64,000 nucleotides of DNA from a cyanobacterium endosymbiont of Rhopalodia gibba (GCA_045159875.1 CP067995.1:1120001-1184000), one strand, 5' to 3'. Counted from the first letter of the stretch, positions 22,478-34,482 are shown. Numbers and translations are program-made. The notes: generated from the letters alone by a model not told the origin.

Positions 22478-23746
22478 ACTCTTATATGATCTTTTCAGGA
22501 CTGTTCCTGATAAATTCCTAGACCTTAGGGTGGGCAGACATAAAGCTATCTTAAATTGTTACAGATTACCGAATTATTATCTGCTCGATAAGCTTAATAA
22601 TTTCAGAATTAGAGTTTAAATGGACTGGTATTTTTTCTACTAACTTATCACAATCAATCCAAGAAAGATACAATTATTAGCCATTAATAAGCAGTTAATC
22701 TTTATCTAAAATGTGTTATAGGTTAGTAATAGAATATATGAAAAATATTTGATAAAATAATCTTATTTTGGTGCGTAATTATCAGTAGATATTATATTCA
22801 ATCATGAATCTATCTTCAGTAAGAGCTTTAAATGGGTAACTTCAAATAAACGTTTAAGAGTAAATCTAATTATTTTTTGAAAAGTTCATATATAACATTG
22901 GTTCTATTATTGTCAATTATTTTATATAATAAACTTATTTAATTTTATCTAGTTAATTGGTGATAACTTAAATTTAGGTATCTACTAACATTACAGTCGC
23001 CTTAACGGTAATATGTATAATAAATCAGTTAAGCTCAGAAAGAGTTAATAATTTGCTCTAAAATCATACAGATTTTTAAGACGAATTAGCCTCAAAATTA
23101 TTTTTGAGACTTTTTTTTATCATCAACACCGTTAACCTTTAGAAAAAATATCAATGACTTCTTCAATGAAGAGAACGTAAACATAAAAAATAAAAGAAGC
23201 TACTTGACGAAATGTCTTCGATTCTTACTGAAATATTTAAGAGAAAACACTAACTTTTTTAAAACCTGATTAAACGTGATGATGAAATTTATAATCTATT
23301 TGAGTAAGTTTTAACTACAAAAAAATAGGGAATAAAAACCTATTATGTACTATAATAACGCTCTATCATAATCTTCAGTTTATAGGAGTAATTAGGATAA
23401 AAAGAAAAAATAAAAATTAGGAACTTGAGGATAAGTTTAATGATTACTCTGATGATAATTTTTACTTTACAGATAGTTTATCGAGCGAACTTTCTGATTT
23501 ATATATTTATAACTTTCAAAGAAAAAATTTATCAGAATCTATCTGAGAATCTGCTACTAAATCTCGTAAATTTATAAAATTTTAAAACTTATTCTAAGAT
23601 TTAATTATTGATTAAGTATAGTAGATGGGGTGAGTCTAAAACTTATTGAAGTTATAAAAATTTGTTTTTGGTTAGCACCCCACTTTATCTATTACTTATT
23701 TTATTGGCTTATTTTTCTTGATAATTTATAGCAGTTGCCAAAACGG

Positions 23747-24376
23747 TTAGGATATTTTCCTGTTCTTTATTTTCTGATTTTCAAAATTTTCTAGACTTAC
23801 CAAAAAATTACGGAGAAGTTGTTTTCCCGACGGAGTCAAGATACTTTCCGGGTGAAATTGTACCCCTTGAAGGTTAGGATAACCTTGATGTTGAAGCCCC
23901 ATAATGGTCCCGTCTTCAACCCAAGCAGTTATTTCAAATATTTGTGGTAGACTACCTCGATCTACCACTAAACTATGATAACGAGTGGCACTAAAAGGAT
24001 TCTCTAAACCTGCAAACACTCCGACTCCCTTATGATAGATTTGAGAGGTTTTGCCGTGCATCAACAGAGGTGCAGCGACAACCTGTCCTCCATAAACTTG
24101 ACCAAGACTTTGATGACCTAAACAAACCCCTAAAATGGGTAGAGTCGGGCCTAATTGTTCAATTAACGCGAGGGATATTCCTGCATCATCAGGACGGCCT
24201 GGACCTGGAGAAATCACAACTCCATTCGGTTGTAGATAACGAATCTTATCAAGAGTAATTTGATCATTACGGTAAACTTGGATATCTAAAGCTACGGGAA
24301 GTTCAGTACCCAGTTCTCCTAAATACTGCACTAAATTGTAGGTGAAACTATCGTAATTATCGATGATTAGAATCAA
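23747..24376 (-). CDS. trpG: Anthranilate/aminodeoxychorismate synthase component II
   Basis: [28 protein letters not shown] and QFHPES. Confidence 0.95.
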   Translation of the reverse strand: MILIIDNYDSFTYNLVQYLGELGTELPVALDIQVYRNDQITLDKIRYLQPNGVVISPGPGRPDDAGISLALIEQLGPTLPILGVCLGHQSLGQVYGGQVVAAPLLMHGKTSQIYHKGVGVFAGLENPFSATRYHSLVVDRGSLPQIFEITAWVEDGTIMGLQHQGYPNLQGVQFHPESILTPSGKQLLRNFLVSLENFENQKIKNRKIS

Positions 24377-24452
24377 TACTTATCTCCTTGAGGCTTGCTG
24401 GGGGAGCAGTTAATCTCCGCCCAAAATCTGCCTTTGACCTTAATGCTAATTC

Positions 24453-24986
24453 TTACAGGGTAAGAAGAAAAGGAACCAAAGGGGGTAACAAAATAAAACT
24501 GGCAACTAAAACTGCTGCCATCGTCCCAACCATTACTGCTCCGGCAGCACAATCTTTAGCAATCTTAGCTAATATATGGTAGGACTGTCCTACGGTTAGA
24601 TCAACTACCGATTCTAGAGCGGTATTCAATAACTCTAAAACCATCACGAAAGCGCAGGTTAGAGAAACAATAGCCAAGGCCACACCAGTGATTTGTAAAA
24701 ATAGTCCTAGGCTAATGGCGATCACAGTCATGGCGGTATGAATACGGAAATTACGTTGAGTCTCAAAAGCGTAACAAATGCCAGCCCAAGCATATTTAAA
24801 ACTTAAAAACAAGTTAGGGGCAATTTGCCAAGCCAATTGCCGTCGGGAATGCAATTTTAATTCTGCAGTTGAAGTTGAGCTTATCTGAAGATTAGGACAG
24901 CTCCTGAAAGCAACACCAGAAGGCAATGGGGAAGAAGGGACTAACTGGGTACGGAAAGATTGGTTCAAGTGTAAATTTGTTTTCAT
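24453..24986 (-). CDS. dgkA: Diacylglycerol kinase family protein
   Basis: SFKYAWAG, ELLNTALESVVD and AKIAKDCAAGAV. Confidence 0.92.
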   Translation of the reverse strand: MKTNLHLNQSFRTQLVPSSPLPSGVAFRSCPNLQISSTSTAELKLHSRRQLAWQIAPNLFLSFKYAWAGICYAFETQRNFRIHTAMTVIAISLGLFLQITGVALAIVSLTCAFVMVLELLNTALESVVDLTVGQSYHILAKIAKDCAAGAVMVGTMAAVLVASFILLPPLVPFLLTL

Positions 24987-25066
24987 TATCTTAAAATTTT
25001 ACGACGTAACTGTTGAATTTTATTGGAAATACTGTGAAATTGAAACAATTCAATCAATTTAATGTA

Positions 25067-25606
25067 TCAACTATTTGGCTGAAGGCCCACAAGTTTTAAC
25101 AAAATTTCTTGTTGTGCAAGCATCTGTCGCAAACTTTCTTCATCTGGATGATCCCAACCTAAAAGGTGTAGAAGTCCATGAGCCACTAACCATGCTAATT
25201 CTACGGTTAGAGAATGATGTTTTTGTCGTGCTTGTTTTTTAGCTGTATCCACCGAAATGATAATGTCTCCTAAATATAGGGGTTCATCAGCACTTATTTG
25301 TTCCGATGATTGAGGAACTTTAACTTCAAGAGCGGCAAACGCTAAGACATCTGTGGGTTGGTTCTTATGGCGATATTGGTTATTAAAAGTTTGTATTTCG
25401 TAATCGCTGGTTAACCTTAGACTCAGTTCATAAGTCTCCGATATAGCAATTATTGAGTGTAGTTCCTCTAACCAAATTTGAATCCACTGTTGCCAAGTTG
25501 CTCTAATAATGTTAGAGACATCCAAACCATTTGATGATTCGAAGTCAAAAACATCTTGAAGATAAAGGTCAACGGTTAAGGTTTTTCTAGGAGAAGATGC
25601 CATCAT
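25067..25606 (-). CDS. ybeY: rRNA maturation RNase YbeY
   Basis: PTDVLAF, LGDIIIS and HGLLHLLGWDH. Confidence 0.95.
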   Translation of the reverse strand: MMASSPRKTLTVDLYLQDVFDFESSNGLDVSNIIRATWQQWIQIWLEELHSIIAISETYELSLRLTSDYEIQTFNNQYRHKNQPTDVLAFAALEVKVPQSSEQISADEPLYLGDIIISVDTAKKQARQKHHSLTVELAWLVAHGLLHLLGWDHPDEESLRQMLAQQEILLKLVGLQPNS

Positions 25607-25616
25607 ACCCTCGATT

Positions 25617-25820
25617 TTAACGAGTTAAATAGGAAATACTAATAAGAAACCCTAATAAGCCTACCGTTGTTACTACAAAGTGCTTGATGGAAGTTCCTCT
25701 TTTGCGAACCATATTACGCATTGCCAGTTTCACATAACTTGGTGGTGTGCCACTAGGAGTGGCATTAGGAGATAAAGATGGAATATCAGTAGGTTGAGGG
25801 GATTGAGGTAAATTACTCAT
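25617..25820 (-). CDS. DUF3285 family small membrane protein
   Basis: PSYVKLAMRNMVRK...YLTR; usual position upstream of ybeY. Confidence 0.85.
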   Translation of the reverse strand: MSNLPQSPQPTDIPSLSPNATPSGTPPSYVKLAMRNMVRKRGTSIKHFVVTTVGLLGFLISISYLTR

Positions 25821-26329
25821 GAGATCTATATGAATTTATTCCGATGACTGTTGTTGTCTTAGATTTTAGAGGTAATTCCTTTATAAGGGAACAATTTGTT
25901 GCTAAAAATAAACTTACTTTTAGAAATCTTTTTATTTCTTTCTAGAAGTTGATCACCAAGTTTTGATATATTTTGCTCTTTTGAACGGTTTTAAAAAAAT
26001 TATTATTCTATATCTACTACTTTGTAATCCCTTTTATATAACTAGATAACTAAATTGTTTGAGATAATTGAATTGATTGTGTTCCTGTTCCGCATTTGAC
26101 ATCCATTTTTTTATGGTTTTCTCATAATTAATCATTTGTTCGATAAAAGTATGCTCTTTTAATGTCCTTAGAGTGAAAAATTAATTACCACATCTTATCG
26201 TGTAATCGTATTTTACGATGCAGTCTTCAAAAACTTTTTTACACTACTGTTTCATGATTTTTGAGTTTTTTCTTTATTTTAATTGTTAATTTAAAACGAT
26301 AGTCAAAGGTAAAGTTGGTTTTTAACTAT

Positions 26330-27400
26330 GTTCCATGACAATAGCTAAAGCCGGTACAGCTGATTATAGAAGTCATTCACCGAAGGTATATTGATTAACT
26401 CTAATCACGAAAGTAGCTGGTAACTCCTCCATGAGATGAACAAAAACTAACATGACTTCTATAAGTGTTCCCTCAGACATCAAGAGAGTATACACCTTGA
26501 ATAAGGTATTAGTGGGAGTGTCGCCTAAACTACGGGCTGGATCGTCTTAAACTTGTTTTTTTTATTTGAACTTAATCCTAACTATACCAAAAGCTACTGA
26601 TAAACATAGGAGTGAATAAGCATAAATTGAGATAAGAATTGCCCTACTAATCTAATCAATAACCCTATGGCAATGCCAATGCCAAAGGTAGCTTCCATGA
26701 AGTTCCTCATCACGTTATTTAACCTTCCTAAAGGGATTAATATCGCTGCCGCAAATCACAGACCCTAAAATAGGATAGTCTAAAGCCGCAATATTTTTCC
26801 CTATCTTATCGTGAAATTGGATTGTAGTCTCTGTCCACAAGCCATGACTAAAGTTAAGATTAAGACTATGAAACTATGGTCGCAGTTAATGAGACTAAGG
26901 GGGTTAATAAGACTAAGATAGAATCATAGTTTGCTAGTTACTAAAAATTATTGACTAGAGCATATGAAAGATTCAAGAATAATATTTAGTCGGATTAAAT
27001 ACACACAAAGAACGACAAATCCCAAAGCAAAAGAGATAAAGTAGACAAAAAAGGCTAGTATTGTCTGTCATTAACTGCACAGCAGCTACTCGTTCCTCAA
27101 ATCTAAACCAAGTTCTATAGTATAAGTCTCTGTTGTAGAAGTATTTACCCTAAAGTATTGTACTGTCCAAAAATTATTTTATCGGTACTCCCTATCCTAT
27201 TCTCGCCAGTAGTAAAAAATAATTTAGCAAGCGATTTTAAGGACAGTAGAGTCAAAATATTGCCATGTTTTCTAGTATAAAAAAAATGCTGCCTACCACA
27301 AATAAAACAGAAATAACAATTAACGCTGCAACAACAAGAACAAGAAGTTTACAACCATTAATTAGAAAGTGCTTTAATAAAGATTTTTCGTGATGGAAGT
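26330..27400 (-). pseudogene. futB: Iron(III) ABC transporter permease FutB pseudogene (internally deleted)
   Basis: NGCKLLVLVVAALIV, GTVQYFRVNT...YRTWF, DDPARSLGDTPTNTLFKVYTLLM and LVFVHLMEELPAT match FutB/FbpB motifs. Confidence 0.8.
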
Positions 27401-27589
27401 AGGATTATAATTAGTCATCATTGAAATCAGAAGGTTCCCTAAAGTAGAGGTCGACAGACGTCGATTTCCGTGGAGGTTCAGCTTTTCCTTTTTGTCTCCT
27501 TTCCTCTTCAGTCCAAGGTTAACGCTTTGAATTGAAAATAACTAAATTGTGTTCCGACTAACTTAGTAACGTTTGAGTTCTTCATGATT

Positions 27590-28600
27590 CGTTTTTCTTT
27601 CATGAGCATCTTAACCTCACCCCCAAAAGCAAAAGTTAACCTACAGGATTGAGGTCTAACTGGTTTCTTCTCAACTGGTTCAACATTAGTTTTATTTCTA
27701 ATAAAGTTAAAGCATAACCAATACCAAGATAGGTTTTCCTATTAAACGGTAAATATTTATAAGAAGAATAGCCTTGTTATCAAAAATGTTCTAGTCTAAA
27801 TTGTTTTTACTTAATATAAGTATCTTCTCTATGATGAGTTCAATAAATATTAAGAGATAAACATTGTTTCTGCCACAAACTTTTCATGATTTCAACAAAA
27901 TTTTTAGCAACACGACCCAAGGTAAGCCTGGCTATAGGATGGATCTGTAGAGTTTTTTTGACGGAATCCTATTAACTAGGAAGTTTTTATGTTTTTTATG
28001 ACTTTTAGAACTTTCTCTTTTTAAAAAATCATTCAAATTCTAGTAATTTATGAGTTCAGTGAAAAAACACAGTTTAAAACCTTTATTTAGGATTATCAGC
28101 TTATTTTTAAAAATGATGTATGTGATGAAGTTCCTCATTTAATCCCGTGTTAATGCCGTTAATCTTAGAATATCTTGTCCTTCTGTGTATCTCTCACTTT
28201 GTCGTTTATCAAGTTTAAATTTTAAGCTATTAAAGCTATTTTTCAAGAGTTACATTTTATTTTTTTCTAAAAACTCTAGTTTTTCTATTTTTTTTTATAA
28301 AACAAATAAATACAAAATACAATCTAACGAAAAAACTAAACCTATCGAACATTGGAGGTTAAGTTGTTGGTATCTATTTTACTTTAAAAAAACTGAATAC
28401 GGCTTAAATAATAACTTGCAAAGCACGATCATACATTGATTTGCACATTATAGGTTTATTCTTTTTATTGGTCAACGATATTATTGACATAATTTTAATT
28501 AAATTGACCATAGATTTATAGTTTTTTTTATCAAAAAATATTAATACTTTATATCTTTATTTATAAATTTTACCACTGACAATAGTACTCGATTTAGTTT
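27590..28600 (-). pseudogene. Cytochrome P450 (CYP110-like) pseudogene lacking the N-terminus
   Basis: ALQVII*AVF, GQDILRL, HREDTY..KQFRLEHF, YLPF...GYALTLLEIKL and KKPVRPQ..LTFAFGGEVKM. Confidence 0.78.
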
Positions 28601-28622
28601 ATGAAAAAGGTGTTAGACTACT

Positions 28623-28679
28623 ATTAGTCGATTCTATGCTGAGCTATTTTGAAAATAGCTCAGCATAGAATCGACTAAT
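28623..28679. repeat. 57-bp perfect palindrome (28-bp arms, 1-nt centre)
   Basis: attagtcgattctatgctgagctatttt-g-aaaatagctcagcatagaatcgactaat. Confidence 0.97.
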
Positions 28680-28870
28680 CTATTGCAATAATTGTAACCA
28701 GGCAAGGGTTCCTAGTTTATTAGGAAATGAACCAGTAATAATTTTATTAATTTTTTATCGACAATTATTAATTCTCGATGACAGTCATTTTTTTTATAAG
28801 ACATCGATACAATAGCCCTAGGGTTAATTGATACGATCACCCCCTATCTATAACGTCTGTATTATTTTTT

Positions 28871-29461
28871 ATGTCTCATAATAGAACAACCCAACCCTTC
28901 GGATCAGTCATTGAAGGTTCTCTCAGTCAAGGATTAGAGGTTCGCTTACATCCTGATGTTTCCGTCGAGCAAATGCGGGTGGGTAAGTTTTTAGTCGTTC
29001 AGGGAATAAGATCTCGGTTTTTCTGTCTCCTCACCGACGTCTCTTTAGGAACTACTAACCCTCGTATTCTCTCCAATCCTCCTAGTTTTGAAGATAGTTT
29101 TATGCACGATGTCCTAACAGGAAGCGGAACCTACGGAAAAGTAGAATTAGCTCCAATGTTAATGTTTACTCCTATTGAAAAGGAAGTACAAGTTAATGCT
29201 AAAACAAAAAATAAGAATAGTTCATTAGGATCATTTGAGGCGAAAACGAGTAGTGATATTGAATTACTCCCAGTTAAAACTATTCCAGCTCATTTTAGTC
29301 AGGTTGATGAAGCTTTGGAAAAAGATTTTCGTTGTGTTTTTGGCTGTAAAAATGATCCCATCCGTCGTAATTTTGCTATAACTAAGTACACGCAGTATTA
29401 CATTGAACTATCTTTATATTTTTTAACTGCTTTAGGTAAACATGCTAAGTTAAATCTTTAG
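28871..29461 (+). pseudogene. Truncated HerA-like ATPase (HAS-barrel N-terminus only)
   Basis: GSVIEGSLSQGLEVRLHPDVSVEQMRVGKFLVVQG and LLPVKTIPAHFSQV. Homology stops at RRNFAI, before any Walker A motif. Confidence 0.8.
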
Positions 29462-29549
29462 CTTGAAAAAGTTATCTTGACGCAATGATTTAAATTTTTA
29501 GGGAAGATTTAATAAAATACAATTACCAATTTTAAGAGAAAAATAAGAA

Positions 29550-29577
29550 CTTGGGTAACTAATTAAAGTTACCCAAG
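29550..29577 (-). terminator. Probable intrinsic terminator of fbaA
   Basis: 11-bp stem cttgggtaact/agttacccaag followed by a T-rich run on the minus strand, about 45 bp after the fbaA stop. Confidence 0.65.
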
Positions 29578-29622
29578 CGTTAAATAGTAAATGACAAGTA
29601 AAAAAATTTTGTCACTCAACTT

Positions 29623-30702
29623 CTATACAGAAATAGTCTTCCTAAGACCAGTGTCTAACTCTCCTTTAGTATACTTAATGGCATAAGCCTCAATACTTTC
29701 TTGCTTGATCTTACTAGCATTGCCAGCAGTCCAGAATTGCTGATAACGCTCAGAACAAACTTGCGTCATGTACTTTATAGAATGTTTCATGTAATGGCGA
29801 GGGTCAAAGTTGCTAGGATCCTCATGGAAAGCTTCTCGAATGGCAGCTGTGATCGCTAAACGATTATCCGTATCGATGTTAACTTTACGAACACCACTCT
29901 TGATCCCTTTTTGAATCTCTTCAACAGGAACTCCATAGGTTTCAGGAATTTTACCTCCGTATTGATTGATCATGTCTAACCATTCTTGGGGTACGGAGGA
30001 AGAACCGTGCATTACTAAGTGGGTATTGGGTAAACGACGATGAATTTCTTCAATACGGCTAATGGCGAGAATTTCACCGGTGGGTTTACGAGTAAACTTA
30101 TAAGCACCGTGGCTGGTTCCAATGGCGATCGCTAAAGCATCAACTTGAGTACGCTCAACGAATTCTACCGCTTCATCAGGATTTGTCAGGAGTTGGTCTT
30201 TACTTAAAGTTCCCTCAAACCCATGACCATCTTCTTTGTCTCCTCGACCAGTTTCAAGAGAACCTAAACAACCGAGTTCACCCTCAACACTAGCACCGAC
30301 AGCATGAGCAACTTTAACGACTTCGGCAGTAACATTTACGTTGTAATCGAAGTTAGCGGGGGTTTTGGCATCCTCTTCTAAGGAGCCATCCATCATAACA
30401 CTGGTAAAACCATTGCGGATTGCGCTATAACAAGTAGCAGGGCTATTTCCGTGGTCTTGGTGCATAGCAATGGGAATATGAGGATAGCTTTCTGATGCTC
30501 CCAAGATTAAGTGACGGAGGAAATTTTCTCCTGCATACTTACGAGCGCCACGAGAAGCTTGTAGAATAACGGGGCTATTGGTTTCGTCGGCCGCCTGCAT
30601 AATTGCTAAAATTTGCTCAAGATTGTTGACGTTGAATGCAGGAATACCATAACCATTCTCAGCCGCGTGATCTAGAAGCATTCGCATTGGGACGAGTGCC
30701 AT
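29623..30702 (-). CDS. fbaA: Class II fructose-bisphosphate aldolase
   Basis: [34 protein letters not shown] and KVNIDTD. Confidence 0.98.
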   Translation of the reverse strand: MALVPMRMLLDHAAENGYGIPAFNVNNLEQILAIMQAADETNSPVILQASRGARKYAGENFLRHLILGASESYPHIPIAMHQDHGNSPATCYSAIRNGFTSVMMDGSLEEDAKTPANFDYNVNVTAEVVKVAHAVGASVEGELGCLGSLETGRGDKEDGHGFEGTLSKDQLLTNPDEAVEFVERTQVDALAIAIGTSHGAYKFTRKPTGEILAISRIEEIHRRLPNTHLVMHGSSSVPQEWLDMINQYGGKIPETYGVPVEEIQKGIKSGVRKVNIDTDNRLAITAAIREAFHEDPSNFDPRHYMKHSIKYMTQVCSERYQQFWTAGNASKIKQESIEAYAIKYTKGELDTGLRKTISV

Positions 30703-31259
30703 AGATGTCCTCCTAATCTATCTTTTGTTTTGTGTGGGTTAATCTTCAAGAAAATCAATTCTCTTATTTTTCAATACTAAGATAGATTGCACCTTTTGAC
30801 GAGTTGTTTTTTATGCTATGGACTATAGATTATTCCTGTGCTATGCACCGCATATTATTATTCTCTTGTCAATACTAAGTTTTCCTAAGCATAATCAAAA
30901 CCAAAGGTAATTGATTAAGTGATTACCATCCGAACTCGCCCCCGAAGTTGCCATCTCCACATAAGCAGTGATTATCTACCAAATTCCTTGGGAACTCAAG
31001 GTCCAAGCTTGTATCACATGAGAGCGTCCACTCGACAGATTGTTATTGGGACTATGTAATAACTGCATTCGCACAGAAATAATTTAATAATTTATAATTC
31101 TCCATAGAGCTAAATTCTATGGAATTTTCTAAACCCGCACAATTTTCATTATAGCTAAAATTTTTTAAAAGCGACACAAACTAAATTTTTTTAACTACAT
31201 ATACTTTACATAATTTACTAAACTAGACTGTAACTTAAGCATTAGAAAATATTAAAATA

Positions 31260-31570
31260 AGGGTCAAAAAATTTTCTCTTTCACAACTGAAGTATGGTAA
31301 ATCGGAAAGATAGGCTTAGATAAGTATGAGCGAGCTGAAAGAAAAACGACTAAGTATCACAAGGCGTCAGATGAAACTCGTAAAATTGTCTTAAAGAGAC
31401 TTAAAAATAAATCCCCTTTAGCTAAGGTAGTTAAATACGCTTATTTTCAGGAAAATTTTTTTAAAAAACGCTAATTAAAACGATATAAAGTCAATTGTAA
31501 TTGTTTTAATCTAAAAATTAGAAATGGTTTGTTTTTTAAACACTCATCTCATATTGTAACTGCCTACCTA
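31260..31570 (+). mobile_element. Probable IS630-family C-terminal remnant
   Basis: LAKVVKYA and KRYKVNCN resemble the IS630 C-terminus seen at 43660-43830; end-like ctgcctaccta near 31560. Confidence 0.35.
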
Positions 31571-31723
31571 TCCTGTCTTGAGGGGGTTTTGTTATAAGGA
31601 TGTGTCTTGTTTACTTCCCAAGTATGAAGGCAAGTTTTTCATGAAAATGTCTGAATATCGAGTATTTGAGAGTAACCTACCCCAAAAAAGCGAAAATAGA
31701 GATGAGTTAAACTAACTCTTGGA

Positions 31724-32374
31724 TTAAGACGGAGAAGAATTTTGTAAATTTTGACCAATTTTAGGTTCTTTCCCCTCAAGGAGACGATTAATATTTGTGC
31801 TATGACGAATAATAACATAGAGTCCTGCTACCAAAGCAAAAATACAATAGGGCAGAGGTTGATGTAGGCAAATCATCAAAATATTCGCTGCAAGTACTCC
31901 TGTTAAGGAACTCAGGGAAACAATCTTGGAGAAACTCAGCATTAGCAAAAAGCTAGTTAAGCTTCCTAAAGCAACTAAGGGGTTGAGTACGAATAACACG
32001 CCTAAACCAGTAGCTACTGACTTACCACCTGTAAAATTAAGAAAAATCGATTTACTATGGCCAAATATAACAGTTATCGCTGTCACTATCATTAACCAAG
32101 GTTTCCACTCCGAAGTAATTAGTCCTGTAGGGGCTAATACATAAAACCATTTGACTATTGCCATAGATAAGATGGCCTTCCCCAAATCTGTAATTAAGAC
32201 AAGGACAGCCGCTGTTTTACCCAGTATTCGCAACACATTTGTCGCTCCCGTAGAACCCGATCCATGTTCACGAATATCAATCCCTTTGAGGACTCTCACT
32301 ACAAGATAACCCGTAGGAATAGAACCCAGTAAATAAGTTACCAGACACAAAAATCCACTAATTACCCAAGTCAT
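31724..32374 (-). CDS. plsY: Glycerol-3-phosphate acyltransferase PlsY
   Basis: YLLGSIPTG, HGSGSTGATNVLR, GGKSVATGLG and RHSTNINRL. Confidence 0.96.
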   Translation of the reverse strand: MTWVISGFLCLVTYLLGSIPTGYLVVRVLKGIDIREHGSGSTGATNVLRILGKTAAVLVLITDLGKAILSMAIVKWFYVLAPTGLITSEWKPWLMIVTAITVIFGHSKSIFLNFTGGKSVATGLGVLFVLNPLVALGSLTSFLLMLSFSKIVSLSSLTGVLAANILMICLHQPLPYCIFALVAGLYVIIRHSTNINRLLEGKEPKIGQNLQNSSPS

Positions 32375-32425
32375 AGTTCCTAATTCGTTCCGTCATTATA
32401 TGTAATAGTTTACAGATCTATGTCA

Positions 32426-33544
32426 TTAATATGAATAGTTTGACACTTGTTGAAGATCAGGTGCAAATGCTAACAAAAGGGGAAATTGTAGGAGGGAAAG
32501 ATTTATCTGTTGTTCGGTTTCATCAATAACCACCAGGGGAATTTGTTTATCTTCAAGTAAACGCTCTGCTTTTAGCACTAAAGCATCTGGAGATTCAAAA
32601 AGAACTACTCCCTTTTCTGGACCAAAATCACTGCGGGAAATTCCTAAACAATCTTGTAATCCCCTACGCCATTCTCCAAGTCTTTCGGGACTGTTAGCTA
32701 GAATCAGAAACCGAGAGCGATCACCGTGAAGACTATTCAATACAGAAATAATCGCCGACGCAATCAAAATATTCTGTAGGCGAGTCCCCAGGGATAAAAT
32801 AGCTCCCCGTCCTCCTTGAGAAAAAAACCACGTTTGTACTCGTTCTGCATGCATTGGTTCAAAAGTACGACGTAGTTGCCAGGGGTATCCATAATAATCA
32901 GGGTTATTGCGGTATTGCTCCAATATTTTCTTAATCTTCGTAGTTTGTGCCTCAAATTCTTGGGGAGCAAACTGGACCTTACCTGAACTCGAAGATTGAG
33001 ACGGGATTGTTTCTGAAGAATTCCAAGTCCCTTGGGTGGGCAATTCTAACTGTTCAGCTGTCGCCGCTAAATCTTGTAAACTGCCTACCAAATAATCCTT
33101 AAATCCTTGAACTCGAATCGCTAAATCTTGAGAAACTCCTGCAAATGTTGTTCGCATTTCTTCTTTTATTCTATCCCGACGACGTTCAAGTTGTTCAACG
33201 GAAATTTCTAGGGCTTGTTTTTGCTGTTTGAGTTCTTTTAAACCTTCTTGAACTATCAAGCGAGTGTGTTGCTCAATATCTTGAATTTCTTCTGCTATCA
33301 TTTTACGTTCACGGTCTTGTAGCTGTTTTATTTCTTGAGTTAACCCTTGTTTTTGTTGTTCTAAAGACTGAACTTGTACTGTTAACTCTTTAACTCTACT
33401 TTCAAGATTTAATATTGTATCAGAAACTCTAATCATTTCAGGTTCAGGAGCACTTTCTTCCCTTGCGACTGCATTCTCGGCAGTATTGTCTGTTGGCTCG
33501 TTGGTTAACTCAGGTTTGGGAACTTGGTGATCGTCTATCTTCAT
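32426..33544 (-). CDS. DUF3086 family protein
   Basis: Coiled coil, FAGVSQDLAIRVQGFKDYLVGSL and PDYYGYPWQLRR; usual position upstream of plsY. Confidence 0.9.
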   Translation of the reverse strand: MKIDDHQVPKPELTNEPTDNTAENAVAREESAPEPEMIRVSDTILNLESRVKELTVQVQSLEQQKQGLTQEIKQLQDRERKMIAEEIQDIEQHTRLIVQEGLKELKQQKQALEISVEQLERRRDRIKEEMRTTFAGVSQDLAIRVQGFKDYLVGSLQDLAATAEQLELPTQGTWNSSETIPSQSSSSGKVQFAPQEFEAQTTKIKKILEQYRNNPDYYGYPWQLRRTFEPMHAERVQTWFFSQGGRGAILSLGTRLQNILIASAIISVLNSLHGDRSRFLILANSPERLGEWRRGLQDCLGISRSDFGPEKGVVLFESPDALVLKAERLLEDKQIPLVVIDETEQQINLSLLQFPLLLAFAPDLQQVSNYSY

Positions 33545-33789
33545 TTTCTCGTTACAAATTTACAGTAATTTTAAAGGGAACTTTTATGTTAATAGTTCGA
33601 CTTTAATTATCGAGCCTATTATAGTTGAATAATGTTGTAACTTCAGGTTGTGAATTTTTATACTAGAAACATATTTATCTATGGTTAAGCCATTAATAAG
33701 ATGAATAACAAGAATTGATTTAATAGTATTTGCCTCAGATAATCTAACCTATCTAAAGATGTTAAAATTATACACTGATAGTAGTATTT

Positions 33790-34160
33790 TCGTAGATGAC
33801 AGTATTGTTATAAACAGCTTTTTAAGAGTTTAGAACTAAAAGTAATCGTTAAAAAGTGGATACTATTAACTTTTTAAAAACAAAATTGGTATTAGATTCC
33901 AAAAAATTTGCCTGGTTTTCCATTCAGCATAAAGAAAGCAGTGAATCAATTGACCCTAACGATAAACATCTAAAGCGATTGAAGTAGACCGTAAACGGAC
34001 ACTGACGATGTTAAATAACAGGGACAAATCAAAGAAAGCTCGGGATAAACTTACCCAAAGTTGTAGCACAATCAACACGATAGCCACCTTTATTAAGGCT
34101 AAGGGTATTTTATGACTGGGAGCAAGTTAAATGATTTTATCGAGAACGGAGGAAGAAATA
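33790..34160 (-). pseudogene. DUF3119 family protein pseudogene
   Basis: LAPSHKIPLAL...RLRSTSIALDVYR*GQLIHCFLYAEW..IFWNLIPILF/KVNSIHFL; syntenic with DUF3086-plsY. Confidence 0.82.
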
Positions 34161-34482
34161 ACATATATTAGAGAAAATTATAGGTTAGAGTAATAGACTT
34201 GTCTGTTTCACAGGATAACATTGCTAGATTATACTTGAAATAAAAATGGCAAAACAGCGTACTATGGAATTCTGAATATGAGAATTACCGGTTTTTCGAC
34301 TATTGTCAGTCTTTCTGGTTTGGCTATCTCAATGGGGTTAAAGTAGAAGGTAAACTCAATAAACCCAGCTTCGGCTCCAATGATGACCTAGTTTATACCT
34401 TTTCTAAGACAATTTGTGTTTATTAGTTAAGCTATTTAATGATTTGACTAATATCAAACTTAATATTGCTTGTTCAAGTTTT

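Noticed and set aside
22780..23600. PutA-like fossil
   Set aside because: Resemblance is too weak to separate from chance.
30900..31080. DUF4440/NTF2-like C-terminal fragment on the minus strand
   Set aside because: Only about 40 residues of vague similarity.
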